Assembly (NCBI GenBank): GCA_963840435.1
Contig: CAWIYY010000015.1
Span: 42,105-106,104 of the forward strand
DNA from: an uncultured Acidimicrobiaceae bacterium
Lineage (GTDB): Bacteria; Actinomycetota; Acidimicrobiia; Acidimicrobiales; RAAP-2
Length of the DNA stretch: 64,000 nucleotides
Reading direction: 5' to 3'
Part shown: one piece after another, positions 26,282 to 35,610 of the stretch
Layout of the letters: the number at the start of each line of letters is the position of its first letter
Position numbering within the stretch: position 1 is the stretch's first letter
Made by a program: the position numbers and the translations under genes
Notes under the pieces: generated by a model
The model's database searches: none
What the model was told of the DNA's origin: nothing
What the model saw: only the letters and a program-made list of their open reading frames with translations

Positions 26282-27267
26282 CTACTGAAACCCTGGTTCG
26301 CCCCAACACCGAGGCCCCGCGTCCCATCGTCATTCCGAACGATCGGTCGACCGAGGACAAGATCTTCCGAGGGGTGGCCCGAGCGGCAGGGTTCACTGTC
26401 TTCGCCATCCTCTTCCTCATCGGGTTCTTCCTGCTTCTTCGAGGGCTCCCGGCACTGCGGGCAGTGGGGTGGAAGTACTTCACGACGTCGGGCTACAGCA
26501 CTCTCCACAAGCCGTACCACTACGGGGCGGCTGCCCAGATGTTCGGGACCGTCTTGATCGCCCTTATCGCGGTGATCGTCGGTGTGCCTGTCGCCATCGG
26601 GACGGCGTTGTTCCTGACCGAGTACGCACCCCTCCGGGCCCGCCGAGCGCTGATCGCGATGGTCGACCTGGGCGCAGCCGTCCCCAGCATCATCTTCGGG
26701 CTCTGGGCGCTCCATGTGTTCCAACCTCAGATCACGGGGTCGACGACTTGGATCGTGCACCACTTGTCTTTCATCCCGATCTTCAAGGCGTCGACGCCGC
26801 CCTTCAACGGCTCCTTCTTCATTGCAGGTCTGATCGTCGGCATGATGATCGTGCCGATCGTGGCGTCGGTCTCCCGTGAGGTGTTCAGTCTCGCTCCACC
26901 CGGCGAACGGGAGGGAGCGCTGGCGCTGGGGGCAACTCGCTCCCAGATGATCAGGACGGTTGTCCTGCCCTTCGGGCGCGGGGGCATGATCGGCGCCTCC
27001 ATGCTCGGACTGGGACGGGCTCTCGGCGAGACGATCGCGGTCTACGTGATCTTGGGTCTCGACTTCACGATCTCACCGCATATCATGGAACACGGCGGCA
27101 CGTCGGTGGCGTCCTTCATCGCCGCAGAGTTCGGTGCAGGTGGGAAACTGGGTACGGCGGATCTGCTGATGCTGGGCTTCGTCCTCTTTACGTTCACTCT
27201 GATCGTCAACCTCGTGGCATCCATGATCGTCAACCGTTCTCGCAGCGGAAAGGGCGTCGACCTGTGA
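26278..27267 (+). CDS. pstC: phosphate ABC transporter permease PstC
   Basis: 329 aa, six-TM pattern, FLTEYAP and EAS/EGALALGAT permease loop. Followed by pstA and pstB with overlapping junctions. Confidence 0.9.
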   Translation: MTTETLVRPNTEAPRPIVIPNDRSTEDKIFRGVARAAGFTVFAILFLIGFFLLLRGLPALRAVGWKYFTTSGYSTLHKPYHYGAAAQMFGTVLIALIAVIVGVPVAIGTALFLTEYAPLRARRALIAMVDLGAAVPSIIFGLWALHVFQPQITGSTTWIVHHLSFIPIFKASTPPFNGSFFIAGLIVGMMIVPIVASVSREVFSLAPPGEREGALALGATRSQMIRTVVLPFGRGGMIGASMLGLGRALGETIAVYVILGLDFTISPHIMEHGGTSVASFIAAEFGAGGKLGTADLLMLGFVLFTFTLIVNLVASMIVNRSRSGKGVDL

Positions 27268-28433
27268 GCCTGACCGTCACCAATGGGGCCGCACCCGGGG
27301 ACCAGGTCACGCTGGCGACCAACGGCTCTCGCGGGATCGTCTCGCCGCCCCGCCGCACCCGTGACTTCGGCGCCAAAGGTCTGGCGCTCCTGGCCGCGTC
27401 CATCCTGTCCTCGTTCGCGGTCGTGTGGATCTTCTTCTACGAGCTCACGCTCCTTTCGGGCGCGTTCGGTTTCATCCTGTGCTGGTACGCCTGCTTCCTC
27501 GTCGTCTATTGGCTCGTGACGAACCTGAGCATCGACCGGGCCGCGGCCACCGACCGGGTCCTCACCGCAGTGGTTGCCTCGTGTGCTGCCCTGATCATCG
27601 GTCTACTCGGGTACATCATCGGCTGGGTCTTCGTGCGTGGTGTCGCGCATTTCACGGTCGGTTTTCTCTACCGCTCCATGCGCTACTACCAGCCCGCTGA
27701 TCCGCACCTCTTCAGCGACGTGGGCGTGAGCCAGGCGATCATCGGAACCCTCGAGCAGGTCGGCTTGGCTGCACTCATGGCAGTACCACTCGCCTTCTTG
27801 ACGGCCATCTTCCTCAATGAGGTCGGGGGGTGGGGCACCAGGTTCGTGCGGACAATCGTTACTGCGATGAGTGGCGTTCCATCCGTCGTGGCGGGTGTGT
27901 TCATCTACGCCGTTTTCATCGTGCCCCATGTGCTCGGCTATTCCGGCTTCGCCGCGTCGATGGCGCTCTTCGTCTTGATGCTGCCCTCCATCACGCGGAC
28001 CACTGAAGAGGTGCTGCGGGTGGTGCCCGGGGGGCTGCGCGAGGCCTCGTTGGCTCTCGGTGCGTCGGAGTGGCGCACCGTCCGCCAGGTGGTCCTGCCC
28101 ACCGCCCGCTCGGGACTCATCACCGCCGTTGTCCTGGGGATCGCCATCGCCGCCGGAGAGACGGCACCGCTGATCTTCACGGCGTTCGGGAACAGCAATC
28201 TGAACTACGACCCATTCCACGGGCCTCAGGCCGCGCTGCCCCTGGTGCTCTACGAGGACATCGCGACCGCGCAGCCGGCAGTAGTGCAGTTGGCGTTCAC
28301 GGCAGGGTTCGTCCTGCTGAGCCTCGTCCTCATCCTCTTCGTCATTGCGCGGCTGTTCGGCCGGCGGTCGACCCGTAAGGGTCGGGTTCGCCACGCCTTA
28401 GCCGCGCCCATCCGCTGGGTCAGGAGCATCTGA
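27264..28433 (+). CDS. pstA: phosphate ABC transporter permease PstA (long N-terminal extension)
   Basis: 389 aa. [21 protein letters not shown] is the PstA EAA loop. GTGA overlap with pstC. Confidence 0.9.
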   Translation: MSLTVTNGAAPGDQVTLATNGSRGIVSPPRRTRDFGAKGLALLAASILSSFAVVWIFFYELTLLSGAFGFILCWYACFLVVYWLVTNLSIDRAAATDRVLTAVVASCAALIIGLLGYIIGWVFVRGVAHFTVGFLYRSMRYYQPADPHLFSDVGVSQAIIGTLEQVGLAALMAVPLAFLTAIFLNEVGGWGTRFVRTIVTAMSGVPSVVAGVFIYAVFIVPHVLGYSGFAASMALFVLMLPSITRTTEEVLRVVPGGLREASLALGASEWRTVRQVVLPTARSGLITAVVLGIAIAAGETAPLIFTAFGNSNLNYDPFHGPQAALPLVLYEDIATAQPAVVQLAFTAGFVLLSLVLILFVIARLFGRRSTRKGRVRHALAAPIRWVRSI

Positions 28434-29275
28434 TGGACACGTTCACCGATATCCGCCCGTCGTCTGATGCGGAACATCCGATCGTCGCTCCGGTCGGCCA
28501 ATCCGCTCAGCTCCAGGCACACGGGGTCTGCGCCTGGTTCAGCGGTCGTCTGGTGCTCGAGTCGGTCACGCTCAACATGGAGCGTTCACGGGTGACGGCC
28601 CTGATCGGCCCGTCAGGCTGTGGCAAATCGACCTTCCTCCGCATCCTCAACCGGATGCACGAGCTGGTGCCGGGGGCCCAGCTGGCCGGACGGGTCGAGC
28701 TCGACGGGGTGGACGTCTACGGCGGAGGTTTGCGGGCCACCGAGGCCCGCAAACAGATCGGCATGGTGTTCCAGAAGCCGAACCCGTTCCCGGCAATGAC
28801 GATCGAGGAGAACGTGCTCTCCGGCCTCAAGTTCAATCGGACAAAGCTGTCGTCGGCCGGCAAGCGGCTCGTGGTCGAGGAGATGCTGACCAAGGCCGGC
28901 TTGTGGAACGAAGTCAAGGATCGGCTGAACGAGCTGGGCGGCGGTCTCTCGGGCGGTCAGCAACAGCGGCTGTGTATCGCTCGCGCCCTTGCCGTACGCC
29001 CTCGGGTCCTCCTCATGGACGAACCCTGCTCCGCTCTGGACCCGACGTCGACCAACCGAATTGAGGAGACCATCCGAGAGATCGCCGATGAGGTCACGGT
29101 CGTGATCGTGACGCACAACATGCAGCAGGCTCAGCGGGTCTCGCACACGTGCGCATTCTTTCTGGCGGCGGAGGGCCAGCCGGGGCGGGTCATCGAATCC
29201 GGAGACACCGAGATGATGTTCGGAAACCCCTCCGATCCTCGAACCAGCGACTACGTCAACGGGAGGTTCGGATGA
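28433..29275 (+). CDS. pstB: phosphate ABC transporter ATP-binding protein PstB
   Basis: GPSGCGKST Walker [13 protein letters not shown] (PstB-specific), [20 protein letters not shown]. Confidence 0.95.
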   Translation: MDTFTDIRPSSDAEHPIVAPVGQSAQLQAHGVCAWFSGRLVLESVTLNMERSRVTALIGPSGCGKSTFLRILNRMHELVPGAQLAGRVELDGVDVYGGGLRATEARKQIGMVFQKPNPFPAMTIEENVLSGLKFNRTKLSSAGKRLVVEEMLTKAGLWNEVKDRLNELGGGLSGGQQQRLCIARALAVRPRVLLMDEPCSALDPTSTNRIEETIREIADEVTVVIVTHNMQQAQRVSHTCAFFLAAEGQPGRVIESGDTEMMFGNPSDPRTSDYVNGRFG

Positions 29276-30945
29276 GGCGTGTCGTCAGGTTCTCATGCCT
29301 CCTGGCCGCGCTGACCTTCGCGGCTTCGATCGCCTCGTTCGGCCTGAGCAGCCTGGGGTCCGGTTCAGCTGGTGCGGCGTATCCCCTGCTGACATCAACG
29401 GGGTCGAGTTTCGCCGGCGTCGCCATTTCAGAATGGCAGGGGCAGTTCAACGAGCTCGATGCCGGCAACATCAACTTCACCGTCACGTCCTCCGTCGTCG
29501 GCATGAACGACTTCTGCCAGAACACGGTCAACTTTGGCGCGACCGACATCGCCTACAGCACGAATCAGTCGAACTGCACGACGAGCCAGGTTCCCTACCC
29601 GTTCCAGTACATGCCCGACGTCGCCGGCGGACTGGCCTTCGAATACAACCTCACCGGGCAGAACGGCGAGGCGGTCAACAACCTGATTCTGAACGCAACG
29701 TTGCTCGAAGGGATCTTCACCGGTGCCATCACGAACTGGGACGATCCTTCCATCGCTGCGCTGAACCCCGACGTTCGCTTGCCGAACGAGGCCATCACGG
29801 CCTTCTACCGGGGAGACCCTTCCGGTGAGAACTACCTCCTCAGCGACTACTTCCTGCACACGAATCCGGGACCGATCACTGCGTTCCAGCAGTTGGCCGG
29901 AGTGCCCTCGACGCCAGGTCAGCCCTCGGCGACCTGGGCGGCCTTCCCCAACGGCAAGCCGACCAGCCTGCAGGGCCTGGTCAGTGTCGGCTCGGCAGAC
30001 AGCGCGGCGCAGGGCCCGAAGCAGACGCAAGGCGGCATCTCCTACGTCGAGACCGCCTATGCAAAGCAGGCTGACTTACCCGTGGCCTCGGTCGTCAACC
30101 AAGCCGGGTATGCCGTCCAGCCTGCGTCCTACAACGTCGCCGTCGCCCTGACCGGCGCCATCTTGTACCAGGACCTCACCCAGAACCTGGCCGGGGTCTA
30201 CACGAACCCGAATCCCAACGCCTATCCCATCTCGGCATACAGCTATTTCATCGCCCAGTGCGTGCCGTCCCAGGCGGCGACTCAGAACTTCGCTTGCGAC
30301 AGCTCAGGAAACGTCACACAGGTCACATCACAAGGTCAGGAGATGGCCGCATTCATCACCTTCGTGGCCTGCCTCGGCCAGGCGAATATGGCAAAACTTG
30401 GGTATTCGCCGATACCACCGAACCTGGTGGAAGACGATTTCCAGGCGGCGGGCCGGCTTGAGGGCGGGGTAGAACCACCGGCACCCACGCCGCAGAACTG
30501 CGACAACCCGTACATCACGGGGGCACTCCAACCGGTGGGTCAACCGACGGTGGTGGGGTCGGCCAATCCGGGATCGGCAGGGGCTGCATCAACCGCTGCC
30601 ACCACCGCTGCCGCCACGGCCGCCGCGGCAGCCGCGGCCCAGCACGCCCAAAACGGTGGGTTGAACGCGCCGCAGAGCGTCACGGGTTCTGGTGCGTCGG
30701 CGACCGCCACGGCCGGTGGTCCATCCAAAGCCACGAAGAAGAAAGCAGTGAACGCGCTGACCGACCCTGCCCTGGCCTACGACCGCCAGGACGGTTTGAT
30801 CGGCGCCGCCAACAGTGGGCTGGACAGCTGGTCGCCCACTGTCGTGGCTCTGTGGTCGCTGATCTTCGCCGTCTTCCTCGTGGGGGTGCCGTTGAGCGTG
30901 TGGTTCTGGCAACGAAGGCGAAAAGACTCGGGAGGCATGACGTGA
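29272..30945 (+). CDS. pstS: PstS-type phosphate-binding protein with Ala-rich linker and C-terminal transmembrane anchor
   Basis: ATG 29272 overlaps the pstB stop. Colinear with E. coli PstS: [59 protein letters not shown]. The C-terminus [32 protein letters not shown] is a TM helix plus a basic tail. Confidence 0.75.
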   Translation: MRRVVRFSCLLAALTFAASIASFGLSSLGSGSAGAAYPLLTSTGSSFAGVAISEWQGQFNELDAGNINFTVTSSVVGMNDFCQNTVNFGATDIAYSTNQSNCTTSQVPYPFQYMPDVAGGLAFEYNLTGQNGEAVNNLILNATLLEGIFTGAITNWDDPSIAALNPDVRLPNEAITAFYRGDPSGENYLLSDYFLHTNPGPITAFQQLAGVPSTPGQPSATWAAFPNGKPTSLQGLVSVGSADSAAQGPKQTQGGISYVETAYAKQADLPVASVVNQAGYAVQPASYNVAVALTGAILYQDLTQNLAGVYTNPNPNAYPISAYSYFIAQCVPSQAATQNFACDSSGNVTQVTSQGQEMAAFITFVACLGQANMAKLGYSPIPPNLVEDDFQAAGRLEGGVEPPAPTPQNCDNPYITGALQPVGQPTVVGSANPGSAGAASTAATTAAATAAAAAAAQHAQNGGLNAPQSVTGSGASATATAGGPSKATKKKAVNALTDPALAYDRQDGLIGAANSGLDSWSPTVVALWSLIFAVFLVGVPLSVWFWQRRRKDSGGMT

Positions 30946-33662
30946 GAACGACACGGATCCGCGTTGCGGTCCGGCTAGCCGTCGCGTTCGCCATCGGTGC
31001 GGTGTGCCTACTGGCGTTCGCTCCAGGCCACACCAACGCCTCGGCTTCGAGTGTCGGAAGTGCAGAAACGGTGCTCCCTCACGCCTCCGCCTCGTGCCCT
31101 CCCGAGGCCAACTCGTGTGTGCAGATGCCGTTCGACGCTACGAATCCCAATGTCGCCACCATCTGCCCGGCTGGCTGCACGCTGACGGCAGGACCGGTCA
31201 GTGCGCTCGGGCAGGGACAGTCGGTCTATGTCGACGTGTCGGGTCTCGCGACCGGTGAGGAAGTCGCGCTTGCCATGTGCACCCTGCCGACAGGGACCAC
31301 GCCCGTGGCGCAACCACAATGCGCGTCGTATCTACCGGCGGGGCCGAGTTGTACCGAGAACTGCTCCGGGACGCCCAGCCCCCTCGAGTGGCAATACGAC
31401 ACCGCAGCATCGGCCGACACCGTCATGTCGATCGGGACCCAATACGACCCGAACGTCTCCGGCCAGACGCCCATTACCTCGCAGACATCCACCCAATACC
31501 AGTCGGGAGATCCGAATGCCTTCGGGTCTTTCTTCTGCGACAACGGGCCGGCCAATCCGTGCGGAATTGAGGTCATGGATCTCGGCCCCAACACGCAGGA
31601 CGTGGTGGGTGACGGTTTCCCGCCCCGTGTCGCCTTCAATTCCACGACCGCCAACACCGTCGTGATCCCGCTCAACTGGGCCGCCACCGGCTCGGGGTGC
31701 GGATCGGCGCCCATCATGCAGGTGGATGCCTCGTACAGCGCGGCCCAGTTCCTGCCTGCCGCCGGAGAGGCGACCTGCAATGGCACGGACGGTGTCGCCG
31801 TGCTGCCGACAAGCGTTCCATCGGTCGACGATCCCACGTGCACGTCCGGAACGGGCTCGTGTCCGATCGGGGACGTGATCAGTGGGAACACAGCAGCGTC
31901 GTTCACGGACGACCCGAACGACCCGGCCACACTGGCCGAGCTTCAGGCCGCCGGAGGGAAGTTCGCCTACATCCCGATCGCGGTCTCGGCGACAGAGATC
32001 GCGTTCGAGGGCGAGGCGGGTCAGAACGGATCTGGTGGCTCGATCTATCCCCTGAGCAATTACAACCTGACCCCGGCGCAGACTGCCGGCATCATGACGC
32101 AGCAGTGGACGTCCCCGATAGCGCAGCCCGGCTCGCCCGAGGACGATATCTGTGGACAGTTGGGTGCGACGGCTCCGTGCACAGAGACGCCGAACATAAC
32201 GCAGTCCCCACAGACTGTGTATGAAGTCAACGGCCAATCCGCCAACGTCGACGTCGAGGGCGTGGACGGCGGGGTACCCACGCCGGCCACATTCCCGTTC
32301 CTGAGTTATACCGGCACCTACGGCGATGGGTCGTTCAAGAGTCCACTGAAGAACTATCCGCAACTCACCGGCTACGCGCTGCTCAATCCGTGGCCAGGCG
32401 ACACCGGCCTCAGCACGGAATCGGTGACAGAATCAAACCTCGACGCGATGTTTCCGTCCACCGCGAGCGGCGCCTCCTATGAGACCTCGGGTTGGATCTG
32501 TGGCGCACCGGACAAGTCCTATTCGGTCACGCTTCCCGGCGGGACGCAGGCGACGGTGAGTGATCTCGAGAGCGGTCCGCAGCTCTTGGCGAACGGCGAG
32601 CAGGATCCGATCGAAATGACCCAAGTCGACGGTGTGTGGACGCTCAACCCCAGCGTGACCGAGAACTTTCAAGCGAATCCGAGCGGCTGCGAAGCGCTGT
32701 CCAGCCTCCCCACGGACTTCGCGCCACAGACGTCGGCCGGTGGTGGGATCACCACCTATGCGCCTTCGAGCCAGCCCCTGACGGCGGCGCACGCCATCTC
32801 GGGAAATGCCAGCAAGGGGCTCTTGGGGTTTGCCTTCACCGCTATGGACAGTTCGGAGGCGGACTTCTATGGCCTCCTCCCTGCCAACCTGCAGAACGCC
32901 TCGGGAGCTTTCGTTGCCCCGTCAGCACCGGCCATCACGGCGGCTCTGAACGATGCGACCCCGGCGAAGAACGGCACACTGATCCCGAGCTTCACCAACG
33001 CAACGGACGCGGCTGCCTATCCAATGCCGATGGTCACCTACGCGCTGATCTCGACCAGTCCGCAACCAAGCACTGCTCAGGCCGCTCAGCTCACCGACAT
33101 GCTGACCAACCTGGTGAAGTACTCCAATACAGGCGGTGCCGGTACCAGCGAGCCACTGCCTCCGGGTTACGTCCCGCTCCCGACCAACCTCTACCAGCAG
33201 GCGCTGGGGGAGATTGCCAGCGATGTCATCGCCCCCGACGGTCAGCCCGTTGGCGGCGAGGCCGCAGCGCCGCCACTGCATTCCGCATCTGGCTCCGCTC
33301 CCGGCGCGTCGACCTTGCCCGACGATTCATCGAGCGAGTTCTCGCCTGATTCGTTCGGTGGCGAACTCGGGGCACCTTTCGGCCTGGCCGTCGAGAAGGC
33401 GGCTGGGAACAGTCCGGCAAAAGACTCCTCAGGTTCCCCGTCCGGCGGCGGGGGCTTGAACCCGATCGGGCGCTTCATCGCCGTGACACTGGGTGACAAC
33501 CGGTTCCTGGTTCCCGGTCTACTTCTGTTGGCCCTGATCTGTCTGGTCGCTGGACCGCTGCTTTACATGTCTCCATCGCTACGGAAAAAACCGGCTACTG
33601 CCACGGATGGGGGTGTGGACGGCGTGGGCGGCGAGGGTGACGGCCCGCCGCCCGTGGAGTGA
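30942..33662 (+). CDS. large (906 aa) surface protein with PstS/PBP-like segments and a C-terminal transmembrane anchor
   Basis: GTG 30942 overlaps the upstream stop (GTGA). Signal peptide. AGGKFAYIPIAVSATEIAF and AAAYPMPMVTYALIS...PPGYVPLP resemble PstS-fold segments. C-terminal FLVPGLLLLALICLVAGPLLYM followed by LRKK. Confidence 0.6.
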   Translation: MRTTRIRVAVRLAVAFAIGAVCLLAFAPGHTNASASSVGSAETVLPHASASCPPEANSCVQMPFDATNPNVATICPAGCTLTAGPVSALGQGQSVYVDVSGLATGEEVALAMCTLPTGTTPVAQPQCASYLPAGPSCTENCSGTPSPLEWQYDTAASADTVMSIGTQYDPNVSGQTPITSQTSTQYQSGDPNAFGSFFCDNGPANPCGIEVMDLGPNTQDVVGDGFPPRVAFNSTTANTVVIPLNWAATGSGCGSAPIMQVDASYSAAQFLPAAGEATCNGTDGVAVLPTSVPSVDDPTCTSGTGSCPIGDVISGNTAASFTDDPNDPATLAELQAAGGKFAYIPIAVSATEIAFEGEAGQNGSGGSIYPLSNYNLTPAQTAGIMTQQWTSPIAQPGSPEDDICGQLGATAPCTETPNITQSPQTVYEVNGQSANVDVEGVDGGVPTPATFPFLSYTGTYGDGSFKSPLKNYPQLTGYALLNPWPGDTGLSTESVTESNLDAMFPSTASGASYETSGWICGAPDKSYSVTLPGGTQATVSDLESGPQLLANGEQDPIEMTQVDGVWTLNPSVTENFQANPSGCEALSSLPTDFAPQTSAGGGITTYAPSSQPLTAAHAISGNASKGLLGFAFTAMDSSEADFYGLLPANLQNASGAFVAPSAPAITAALNDATPAKNGTLIPSFTNATDAAAYPMPMVTYALISTSPQPSTAQAAQLTDMLTNLVKYSNTGGAGTSEPLPPGYVPLPTNLYQQALGEIASDVIAPDGQPVGGEAAAPPLHSASGSAPGASTLPDDSSSEFSPDSFGGELGAPFGLAVEKAAGNSPAKDSSGSPSGGGGLNPIGRFIAVTLGDNRFLVPGLLLLALICLVAGPLLYMSPSLRKKPATATDGGVDGVGGEGDGPPPVE

Positions 33663-34696
33663 TGGACATCGCTACCTCGGCGCACGACGCCGATCAACTG
33701 TCCGTCTCGACCCAGGAGGGAAGCCCCGAGCCCGACGTGGGGACCCCCGAGTCGCCTGAGAGCGGCGGGAACGGGGTGTCGGGACCGGACAGCTCCGCTA
33801 CTGCACCACCTGGTGTCGGCGAGTCGTCCCGGGCCCTCCTGGCCGCTCTTGGACGCGCCCTCGCGGTGTTGTCCCGACCACGGGTGGCCGGAGTCCTGAT
33901 CGGCGGACTGGGCGTCCTCATTCTGCTATTGCTCGGCTACATCTACGTGTTCACGCCGCTGAGTGCCGCTCGGTCGCAGCACTCGTTGTTGCAACAGATC
34001 CAAGCCCAGCCGGCTCAGACCTATCAACTGGCCGAGGGCAAGGCGCCACCGGAGGGCAGCCCTCTGGGCGTGCTCGAGATCCCGGCGCTCCATCTGGACC
34101 AAGCGATGGTGCAGGGAACCGACTCTCAGGATTTGCAGAAGGGTCCCGGACACATGCCGACCTCGTCGCTCCCCGGTCAACGGGGCAATGCGGTGATCGC
34201 CGGACGCCGTGCCACCTACGGGGCGCCGTTCGGATCTATCGGTTCGCTTCGCAGGGGCCAGATGATCAAAGTGATCGACGGTCTTGGCACGTTCCACTAC
34301 AGGGTCACGAGCGTGATCTACGTGCAGGGTGGCGCCCACGACGTCGTGACCCAGTCGGCCAACAATCGTCTCACGCTTGTCACTGCCGGGTCGGGTTTCT
34401 GGCCACAGGGCCGGCTCGCCGTCATCGCATCGCTCCAGGGAAAGCCCTTCCCTCATCTGAGCGCGACCCACTTTGCGGCACCGACATCGGAACTGGGACT
34501 CTCTGGCGATGCGGCTTCGGGATTGCTCTTCGTTCTGTGGAGCCTGTTGTTTCTTATGATTCTTTCGGTGTCGGTCTGGCTCCTGCGCCGCTGGTCACAA
34601 CCGGTCGTGGTGCTGCTCCTGTCCGTGCCCGTGCTCCTGCTTGTTGCCATTTTCGCCTGTGAGAGCTTCGTCGGTGCCTTGCCGGCAACGGTCTGA
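33659..34696 (+). CDS. class-E-sortase-like membrane protein lacking the catalytic His and Cys (pseudo-sortase)
   Basis: LEIPALHLDQAMVQGTDSQDLQKGPGHMPTSSLPGQRGNAVIAGRRATYGAPF...NNRLTLVTAGSGF...GRLAVIASL is colinear with SrtE-type sortases. AGHR is replaced by AGRR (R183, nt 34205-34207) and TLxTC by TLVTA (A243, nt 34385-34387). Confidence 0.75.
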   Translation: MMDIATSAHDADQLSVSTQEGSPEPDVGTPESPESGGNGVSGPDSSATAPPGVGESSRALLAALGRALAVLSRPRVAGVLIGGLGVLILLLLGYIYVFTPLSAARSQHSLLQQIQAQPAQTYQLAEGKAPPEGSPLGVLEIPALHLDQAMVQGTDSQDLQKGPGHMPTSSLPGQRGNAVIAGRRATYGAPFGSIGSLRRGQMIKVIDGLGTFHYRVTSVIYVQGGAHDVVTQSANNRLTLVTAGSGFWPQGRLAVIASLQGKPFPHLSATHFAAPTSELGLSGDAASGLLFVLWSLLFLMILSVSVWLLRRWSQPVVVLLLSVPVLLLVAIFACESFVGALPATV

Positions 34697-34703
34697 GGCG
34701 ATC

Positions 34704-35228
34704 ATGAGCTCGTTCAAATGTCAGCCGAGGCGCCGGGCCGCCTTGTTGGCCGTGTCGGGGGCCGCACTTGCGCTGGCTGCCTGCAGCTCGCCCAGTGCCA
34801 CCGCATCGGGCCAACATCACGCGGACGGCCGGACCTCCACGAGTTCGACAGGAGCTTCGGCCATTGATGCGCCCATGAAAGTCAGCTTCGGCACCGGCTC
34901 CATTGGCCAGCCCGATCCCACGACCACGGTGCCGAACGAACGCGGCAATCCCATTCCCCCGATCCTTGCCCCGGGGCAGAACATCATCATCTCTTCGTCC
35001 GGTTGCATGCCCGAGACCCTCGAAGCCAATGTGAGCGCACCGGTCGTGTGGACCAACCTCTCGGGCAAGCCACAGCGGGTCATCTTCGAGAATTTCCCGG
35101 TCGACTCCGGAACGATCCCGGCTGGGGGCACGTTCACCTGGACAACCGCCGACGCCGTTGCTATGGAGTACAAGCTTGAGCCGTCGGGCAAGCTCTGCAA
35201 GCTGCTGATGAACCCGGTGCAGCCCTGA
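34704..35228 (+). CDS. lipoprotein of unknown function
   Basis: ATG 34704, 8 nt after the sortase-like gene. Signal peptide with lipobox ALALAAC. High GC3. Confidence 0.55.
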   Translation: MSSFKCQPRRRAALLAVSGAALALAACSSPSATASGQHHADGRTSTSSTGASAIDAPMKVSFGTGSIGQPDPTTTVPNERGNPIPPILAPGQNIIISSSGCMPETLEANVSAPVVWTNLSGKPQRVIFENFPVDSGTIPAGGTFTWTTADAVAMEYKLEPSGKLCKLLMNPVQP

Positions 35229-35610
35229 TTGTTCTGCGGGAGCTGAAGTTCGCGCACCGTTTACCTCTGACTCATACGGTGTCCCCGTAGGCAGGAGCAC
35301 GAGGATAGTGACACCTGCAGTGCAAGTGCCCAGACGATGGGCGCTGGAGCTGCACTTTTGCGCCGCGACTTGGCCAAAAGCCAAACGGACGCATGGGGTA
35401 AGGAAGTGATCACCAATAGTTCTTCGCCCCGGTGTCGGGAATTCGCGGAACGTTTACGTTGCAACCGTAACGTGCACCACGGCGATGGGTCCCGAACGCC
35501 TCCGCACTTCGCAGATGCTGGACGGATCCTGTCCCCAGGGACCAAGCGCCACCAACCGGTGTCGGAATGCCGGTACGGAGATGAACCAACCAAAAGGAGA
35601 CCCAACCAAA

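Noticed and set aside
30590-30660. GC-rich GCC/GCG run (accgctgccgccacggccgccgcggcagccgcggcc) that looks repeat-like
   Set aside because: It simply encodes the Ala/Thr-rich linker ([17 protein letters not shown]) of the anchored PstS. It has no spacer-repeat organisation and is not a CRISPR array or satellite.
34704-35228. Lipoprotein considered as a cupredoxin/copper-binding protein because of its beta-rich C-terminal segment (GKLCKLLMN)
   Set aside because: The His-Cys-His-Met ligand set is absent, with only one Cys and no flanking His. It is left as unknown function.
35576-35592. Single PHO-like unit (minus strand GTTCATCTCCG, 10/11) just upstream of the third PstS-like gene
   Set aside because: There is only one unit with no phased partner, and it sits immediately 5' of the Shine-Dalgarno region. 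An isolated core is expected by chance. The single cores near 11727 and 38539 are treated the same way.
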